Of a stretch of 64,000 nucleotides of DNA, positions 57,646 through 64,000 are shown in pieces. Within the stretch, counting starts at the first letter, position 1; every line of letters begins with the position of its first letter. Made by a program: the position numbers and the translations under genes. The notes under the pieces are model-generated. The model had not been told where the DNA came from and did no database searches. It saw nothing but the letters and a program-made list of their open reading frames with translations. The DNA is from Schizochytrium sp. TIO01 (lineage: Eukaryota; Protista; Bigyra: Labyrinthulomycetes). The stretch covers positions 4,526,001-4,590,000 of the forward strand of contig SMSO01000034.1 in the NCBI GenBank assembly GCA_004764695.1, written 5' to 3'.

Positions 57646-59532
57646 TTAAGAAACCACACAGTCCCAAGAATCTGCCGAGTTCTCCGGCCAACGGACGAGA
57701 TTGGCAAACTCTGCCCAGTTAGATTCCCACCATCCAAGCTCTTCCTCGTCCTGTGGAGGTACGACAGTAGTTATACGAAATGTGAGCTTTTTATTCCGCA
57801 TACGTGAGAATGAGTTGTCGAATTTAATGTACAGTTTGCCCGGCATGGGAATCTTCCATGTGCCTTTCACCATGCCATCTTCACAATCCAGCCGCAGCGG
57901 AGCCATAGTAGGGTTTAAGCTGAAGTGGCGAGATATGGATTCTCCTGCGCCCTCCTCAAATGATGGAGTAGGTTCGTCAGGACCGAGTACACGAGCATTG
58001 AGTGATTTTACAGTTTTCCGTCTTCCTTGGCTCTTGTGTTTATGTTTATGACTATGTCCCTTTTTCTTCTCTCGCCTACGGTGCTTATAATGTTCAACCT
58101 TGTACGGACTTACATCATCCTTAGCATCCTCACCATGCTCGAGCTCATCGTTCTGGCTGCTGAGATGGCTCTGGGCAACGTCGTCATCATCGTCGACATC
58201 GTCATCATCATCGTCGTCATCAAGATCATCATCAACGCCGTACTCATCCTCTTCATCGTCGTGATCTTTGGTGGGTGTCCGTGAAGCAGCCCCGTGATGA
58301 GATCCACTCACGCGGTTCATCTTTTCGGTAGACTTTTCGAAATTCTTGTCTGATTTCTCAGGTTTATCGTTTTTATCAGATTTCGTCACACCAATCACCT
58401 TCAAGGTGCTTTGTCCAAAAACAGCGCTTCGTCCAGGTACCATCTCAGCAGCAATGTAAATATGATAGCTGTCTACCATAGCCTCAAACTCTACAATAGT
58501 ATCAGCTTGCTCAATGTCAAGTTCCACTACGGCAAAGCTACGATTTGCGATTTTGATTGTACGAAGAGGAAATTCGTCAGGACGAGCCTCCGGGGGCGTA
58601 AGTGTAAGCGGAAGGGGAGCGGTACCACCAAGAAAAGCTGGGACCGCCTCCATACCGCCGTTGGCGGACATGAAAGGGCATGCAGAGACGCTCTTTTGGT
58701 CGGTCTGCTTCGCTGGGCACATGACCATTTTCTCCATAGAAGACTTTGGCATAACGGATGCGAGGGTTTTGTGCAACATACTGTAGTATGAAGGCGTGTT
58801 AATAGCGACAGACTTTGCTTGGAGCTGCGGAAAGTAAATGGAGCTCATTTTAGAGCTCTCGCCGAGTGCCGAAAAGAAGCGGTTGTCAAAGCGGCTACCG
58901 AACATGGAAAAAGAAGCAAAGTCAATGATAGTTACACACTTGATGAGGCGACCCTGGATGCGTGTCTCATGGTCACAAATACGGAACATGCGCTCCTTTT
59001 CGTAAAGCAAATAGTCTGCAACAGTGGCTACATCGTACATTTGCATAAGCTTGCGGAAGTCAGAAAGGCCCATTCGGGTTACATTCACAGGTTCGCCGCC
59101 GGCAAGGTTGCCAGTAATAGCCGTGAACAAAAATTGCGAGATGCTTTTCTCTAGAGGGTGTGGCTCACCCTTTTGTAGCGAGTTGAGCAGCTCAGCATTC
59201 TCCTTGCGCCATGCGAGGGTTTCTTCAATCTTAGACGCAGCCGTGTCAAGTTTTCCGCGGTTACTGAGTACGTAGCGGAGAAAGAAAATTTCATCTACTT
59301 TGACGCCGTCCTCAGTGACACCGTTTTTAGGCAATTTTCGCTTAAGCCTAGATTGCAGATCGTGTACAGCATCTGCATTTTCACGGAGTAATGTCTCCAG
59401 TTCGCTGGCCTCCATCGTTTGGGACCCTGTGGTGCCCCAGCTCGATGAAGCCCGCGAAGATTTGCGCTTTTCCATCACTGGATCAGCCTGAGACCCACGA
59501 CTCAAGCTCCGTCGCAGAGATCGTGTCGCCAT
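57646..59532 (-). CDS. CRAL-TRIO (Sec14-like) lipid-binding protein with C-terminal GOLD-like domain
   Basis: CRAL-TRIO_N 'DEIFFLRYVLS...TLAWRKEN', 'TIIDFASFS', 'YFPQLQAKSVAINTP', 'VPAFLGG', and GOLD end 'PGKLYIKFDNSFSRMRNKKLTF'. First ATG at 59532. Confidence 0.85.
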   Translation of the reverse strand: MATRSLRRSLSRGSQADPVMEKRKSSRASSSWGTTGSQTMEASELETLLRENADAVHDLQSRLKRKLPKNGVTEDGVKVDEIFFLRYVLSNRGKLDTAASKIEETLAWRKENAELLNSLQKGEPHPLEKSISQFLFTAITGNLAGGEPVNVTRMGLSDFRKLMQMYDVATVADYLLYEKERMFRICDHETRIQGRLIKCVTIIDFASFSMFGSRFDNRFFSALGESSKMSSIYFPQLQAKSVAINTPSYYSMLHKTLASVMPKSSMEKMVMCPAKQTDQKSVSACPFMSANGGMEAVPAFLGGTAPLPLTLTPPEARPDEFPLRTIKIANRSFAVVELDIEQADTIVEFEAMVDSYHIYIAAEMVPGRSAVFGQSTLKVIGVTKSDKNDKPEKSDKNFEKSTEKMNRVSGSHHGAASRTPTKDHDDEEDEYGVDDDLDDDDDDDDVDDDDDVAQSHLSSQNDELEHGEDAKDDVSPYKVEHYKHRRREKKKGHSHKHKHKSQGRRKTVKSLNARVLGPDEPTPSFEEGAGESISRHFSLNPTMAPLRLDCEDGMVKGTWKIPMPGKLYIKFDNSFSRMRNKKLTFRITTVVPPQDEEELGWWESNWAEFANLVRWPENSADSWDCVVS

Positions 59533-61557
59533 TGCGGCCTGTGTCAACAATGTATGTCTCTAGCTGATCTGATTGTCTGGCACAGTCAAAAGCGCGTGCA
59601 CGTGCCAACTTCGATCTCAGACCTGCTTGGAAACCCAGCGATCTCTCAACCCTTGATCTCCTGACCGCTTCAGCGGTGGCCGGGAAGCTTGCAATTAACT
59701 TTGGCACTCGGAAACACGACAGGTCTTGAGCGAAATTGGTTTACTGCCGCCTGTGCACGCACGCACGCACGCACACGCACAGTAGCTTGAACGACTGTCG
59801 TGGAGGAGTGAATGATTCAATCAGTGAATGAAGGAGCGATTTTGGCGCTAAGTCTCTGTCTTCCTTGTTTCTTCCTTCCCTCGCGTCGACAAGGCGCGAA
59901 CGACTGGAATTCTTGAGGCCTACGAACACAACGCCGCGGGTTGTAGGTCGGAGAGAGGTAGATAGTCCCTTGGGCTTGGAACTCTTTGCTGGTGGCGAGG
60001 CAATCAGGCGTGGCAGAGAAGCGCGATTGGACATGCGCTGAGCACAACAAGTTGCAAGAAACTTTTTACTCTTAGTCAGCTCAAGTTATGAACGACCGAG
60101 AGGAACTTATTATGTGCTAAAGAATGCCCTGAAGACGCAAACCTTGGCCCAAATTGACGCCAAGAAGCGCCACGCCAGCTACGCCTTATTGCGTCCGCGA
60201 ATGTAACTGGGGAGGCCTTCCCGTGTGCTCAAATCGAGAGCTTGACAACTCCTGGGTACTTTTTTAGGCGAAGAGAAGAAGCTAAAGTGCGGGTACTTCT
60301 GACTTTCCTGATCAAACTCGCTCGCGGGTAGAAAAGACCTTCAAGGTGGGCAATAATAGCATCTAGGTAGCACTTCCATCTTCTGAGCTTGGGATGATGA
60401 GAACAAGCTTTCAACAGCAGAGACTAGGGACTCAGATAGCGAGCGAGTGGATCGGCGCATGCATGCACAGTCCTAGCCAGTGCTAGCAAGAATCTTAGAG
60501 TGCGCTAGTGGGAAGTACGGCGCGTGCACACTCCATCTCTTGATGAACTTTTAATCAAAAGCAGCCTTGTGAACAAGTTGAACTTGAGCTTGGAGAGGGA
60601 TCAACCAGTGAAGATGGTGGTGATTGATCAACTTGAACATCATCACGACAATTAGGTGTCAACGCATGGCGAATTGTCTTCCCGAAAACTTGGGATGCTG
60701 ATTGTCTGGCCTCTAATAAGCACCGCAGAACAAAAAGGTCATAAATCAATGATTGAAATTCTTTCAGTTTGAGGATTTGAAAGCGAAGTAGTGAATGGGA
60801 ACGTTAGTTTCATTGTCGTGTCAAATTTTGACTGGCGGACCTAGGATCAGCACAATTGAAGATAAGACAATTGTCTTCGCGGAGACTTAGAGTATCTATC
60901 CCGGGCAGTAGTAGTTAGAGAAACCAACTTGAAGATTTTAATTTTAATTTTAAGGAGCTTAAAGAGCAAGCTCGATTGTTGTAAACCTCCATGGAAGCCG
61001 TCTCCATCATGAGGAGACATAAAGTTTTCCTGATGGAAAAATGATCATGACAAAGGCTAAGGATGAACAGGAAGTAACAAGGAAAGAGGCAGCCTGGAGT
61101 AGTAGTAATACTTTATCTGTCACCATTTTGTTAATTTCAAAAGTACCTCAAAACACCTAGCTAACCTACACAAGTAATTGGGCTTCTCTCTTTCGTCTAG
61201 TTTTATTTCATAATTTATGATGTTTAGCAGGGGGATTGTAATTTATGATATTTGGAGGGATGTAAAATTATCTTGGAGTAATAGAAGACACGACAGAGGG
61301 TGAAGAGAATTGACGAAACAGCGAATTGATTAATGAATCCAATTCGAACTTTGTTCATCTGGCTTATCAGAACTCTGATCTCAAGAAGCCCGCTGTTCAA
61401 TAAAATTGTAACTGTAGAGTAAGAGCACGTGGCCACTGTTCCTGCAGGAACGGGGTTCAAGGAAGTTTTAGCAGGTAGGTACTTCGGAGCGGTAGTATAG
61501 GTAGTCTCGTCAAGCCTATGAACTACATGTGTTGTATATTAAAATTAAATATATAGG

Positions 61558-61559
<2 letters not shown>

Positions 61560-61588
<29 letters not shown>
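61560..61588. repeat. (TA)n microsatellite
   Basis: Direct reading. Confidence 0.9.
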
Positions 61589-61591
<3 letters not shown>

Positions 61592-62910
61592 AAAGCCATG
61601 TTTTGCTACGTGGTAAATACTTGCTTTCCACTGCTGGTCCTTTTGGATGAAGCGCTTTGCAAGGATTGCTCTATTGTTTCAATATAGCCACTTGTGCCAA
61701 GGAATCGCGCGCGCAAACACAATGCATTTTACTCGAACTAAGCTTCAATTATGTTATTTTAAAATGTAATTCGGGGAAAGCAGTATTACTGTCTGTATGT
61801 ACCTAATCCAGCTCTAAAGTCAAACGTAAGCATATATTCCTAGCTTTGCGAGGGTTTGTTAAGTGGATTATCGTATGGTCTATTGAAAGTCCAAAGTAGC
61901 TTAATGCATAAAATCTGCGGGTTCCGAGAAAAGCGTTTACACATATTCAATATTGCCATTAACCAGCAATGCATCCTGGAGATATACATACTTCTTTTAG
62001 CATCAATGGAGGTGTTTTAGGCTGCAACTTGGTAAGAAGGTCTCCTCGTCGACCATGGCGTGTTCACCTCAGTCGAAACATGATTTATCAGTCCCAAACG
62101 TATCCCACTTTTATTCTCACCATAGGAACAAGGAACGAGAGAAGGTAACAAGGTTTCATATTGCACTATTCCTTGATTCACAATCCTAGCGTTGAGGAAT
62201 TTTAGAGACTCGCCCCCTTCTTTTTGCTCGGCGGTAGGAACATGTTTTACGATTTTTATCAGTGTTGTCACACACTACGTGCATGGGGTACTGAAAGCCA
62301 CCAACACTAGTAGCATCAAATGCAAGGAATGCGCAGAAAATTGTCAGCTGTGCACGAGCGAGGCGTTGCTCACAATGATATTCGATTGAATAACTTCGTC
62401 ATTGTCGACGATAACTCGGTGTGAGTGTTTGATTTTAGCATGCCTATGGTTGAAGCAAGTGACTTGATTATTGCGTGTGAAAATGCAGCTTATGACATAG
62501 TATTTACCTTTGTCAATTAACAAGTTCAAACCGTAGGTGCCTCGGGCACGTGGTGCGTACAAACTTTCGAACGATTATGTGCAGTTTAATTCGATCATGT
62601 GAAAAACATTCACCGTTGCAGAAGTTTTCGCATCCAGATTTGCTCTATCCAGTGGTCGCTGCTCTCATCTAGATGGCCACAGAATAGTATTGTAAACCAA
62701 CCATAACTTTCTTGTTTAAATTGCACAATGATGGTAGATTGACTCAACAAGATGGACAGTTAATAAGAAATGTTCGTATGGAGCAAGAGGGGCTACTAAT
62801 GTGCCAAAAGTAGAGCAGAAAAAACCATTTACAGACCTTGTAATGAAGTACATAACTAAGAATTGTTGTTTTACATGAGTTGTACATTTCTTTCAAGCTG
62901 AGCTGGTGGA

Positions 62911-63999
62911 TCACTCAGAAGCTCCAGCACTAGGTTCTCGTGCCTGTGGTTCGTTTTCAGTTATCTCCCCACGTTGCTGGTCATCACCAGTGACTTGATC
63001 ATCGGGAATAGTTTGCTCGAGAGAATCTTCTACTTGTGCTCTGTTCTTCTTCTTCTTCTTCTTTTTCTTTATTTTGATTTCAGGCGGGGCATCTGCAACG
63101 GAGGGAGGAGTTTCTAGGTCACCACCGTTGACTTCTGCTTGGGTTTCCAGATCCTTAGTTTTCGTCTGGGCATCTTCATGAGAAGGAAGTGGTTCTGGAT
63201 TACCATCATTGTTGTCTAATAGTAGGTTCTCTGGATCTTGGTACTTTGAAGCTACCAATTGACCAATAATATTTGCACTGTCTTGCGAAGGCGTTGCATC
63301 ATCATGCTTTTCTGCGAGTATGGAGTTGAGAATCTCTTTGTTTCCTGATATAAGTGCTTCTGCATTCCCTGAAAGATCAATATAAGAGCTTTGGCCACTT
63401 GCTGAAGGCCCAATCATATCGTCGGTGTGCTCGGAAATAATTGTGGACCGCAAAATATCCTCACCACCACTGGGATCATCAGTGAGGTTCGAAAGGTCTG
63501 CAGAGATGAACGACAACGCTTCAAGATTATCACCCTTTGCTAAAGCGAGCATTGTACTTCGAACATTGGATTTATGGCGCGCTAGCCTTCGCCCTTCTTT
63601 GGTGTTTTCGTTCCCTCCCTCAGCTGGTGCCACTCGGCCGCGCTTTTCACTACGAGACTTCTTGTCGCCAACTTGGGACAGTTGTGATGTTACATGTTCT
63701 GAAAGCACTTTAGAACGGCTTGGATTGATTCGGGCCATCATGTTCTGCATATCTGTCATGTGCTTAAACTGCTTAAACTTATCAGTAGCATGCTCAATAA
63801 CATCCAAACCCACCATTTCTTCTAATGGGTTAACTCGAATACTGAATCCACAAAGAAGAAGGCCTTTGAGGTACAGATATGTCCAGAGCATGGACCATAC
63901 AAGAATAGAAATAGCACCTAGCAACTGTATTCCAAGTAGTTTGAAGTTAAGGCTATAAAACAATCCAGCGTAGGCAACTTCTGTGCCGCCACAGCGAGT
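62911..63999 (-). CDS. amt: Ammonium transporter (Amt), 3' part only; 5' truncated by window edge
   Basis: 'GLFY...LLGIQLLGAISILVW...IRVNPLEEMVGLDVIEH' is the typical last TM plus conserved Amt C-terminal motif. The frame is open to the window end. Confidence 0.82.
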   Translation of the reverse strand, partial: TRCGGTEVAYAGLFYSLNFKLLGIQLLGAISILVWSMLWTYLYLKGLLLCGFSIRVNPLEEMVGLDVIEHATDKFKQFKHMTDMQNMMARINPSRSKVLSEHVTSQLSQVGDKKSRSEKRGRVAPAEGGNENTKEGRRLARHKSNVRSTMLALAKGDNLEALSFISADLSNLTDDPSGGEDILRSTIISEHTDDMIGPSASGQSSYIDLSGNAEALISGNKEILNSILAEKHDDATPSQDSANIIGQLVASKYQDPENLLLDNNDGNPEPLPSHEDAQTKTKDLETQAEVNGGDLETPPSVADAPPEIKIKKKKKKKKNRAQVEDSLEQTIPDDQVTGDDQQRGEITENEPQAREPSAGASE

Positions 64000-64000
64000 T

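Overview
Eukaryotic, intron-poor nuclear DNA, not prokaryotic. It has GTAAGT...CAG spliceosomal introns, a proteasome beta subunit, NAT10, AK7, and dense GAAT/GATT/CAAA microsatellites. A heterotrophic, flagellated stramenopile such as a thraustochytrid is my inference, not something the sequence proves. About 17 protein genes are supported: AK7-like (partial), PX-domain protein, RING-H2 ligase, GaaA-like galacturonate reductase, cysteine synthase, NAT10, TIR-MORN protein, CREST/ceramidase-like 7TM protein, two divergent NIPA Mg2+ transporters, a signal-anchor/Grx-like/TTL ATP-grasp/M14 peptidase fusion, an orphan, a coiled-coil protein, a STAS-less SulP, proteasome beta6, a PTS2-bearing VOC protein, a Sec14-GOLD protein and a partial ammonium transporter. 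The best leads are (1) a probably membrane-anchored protein fusing an intact TTL-type amino-acid ligase to an intact M14 Zn-deacylase/carboxypeptidase, (2) a TIR domain with its catalytic-position Glu fused to MORN repeats, and (3) a bacterial-type VOC enzyme with a canonical peroxisomal PTS2. Several genes, including essential NAT10, have single-base frameshifts at short homopolymers, most simply assembly errors. No CRISPR, rRNA, tRNA or intact transposon was recognised. All family calls are by eye from motifs; no search was run.
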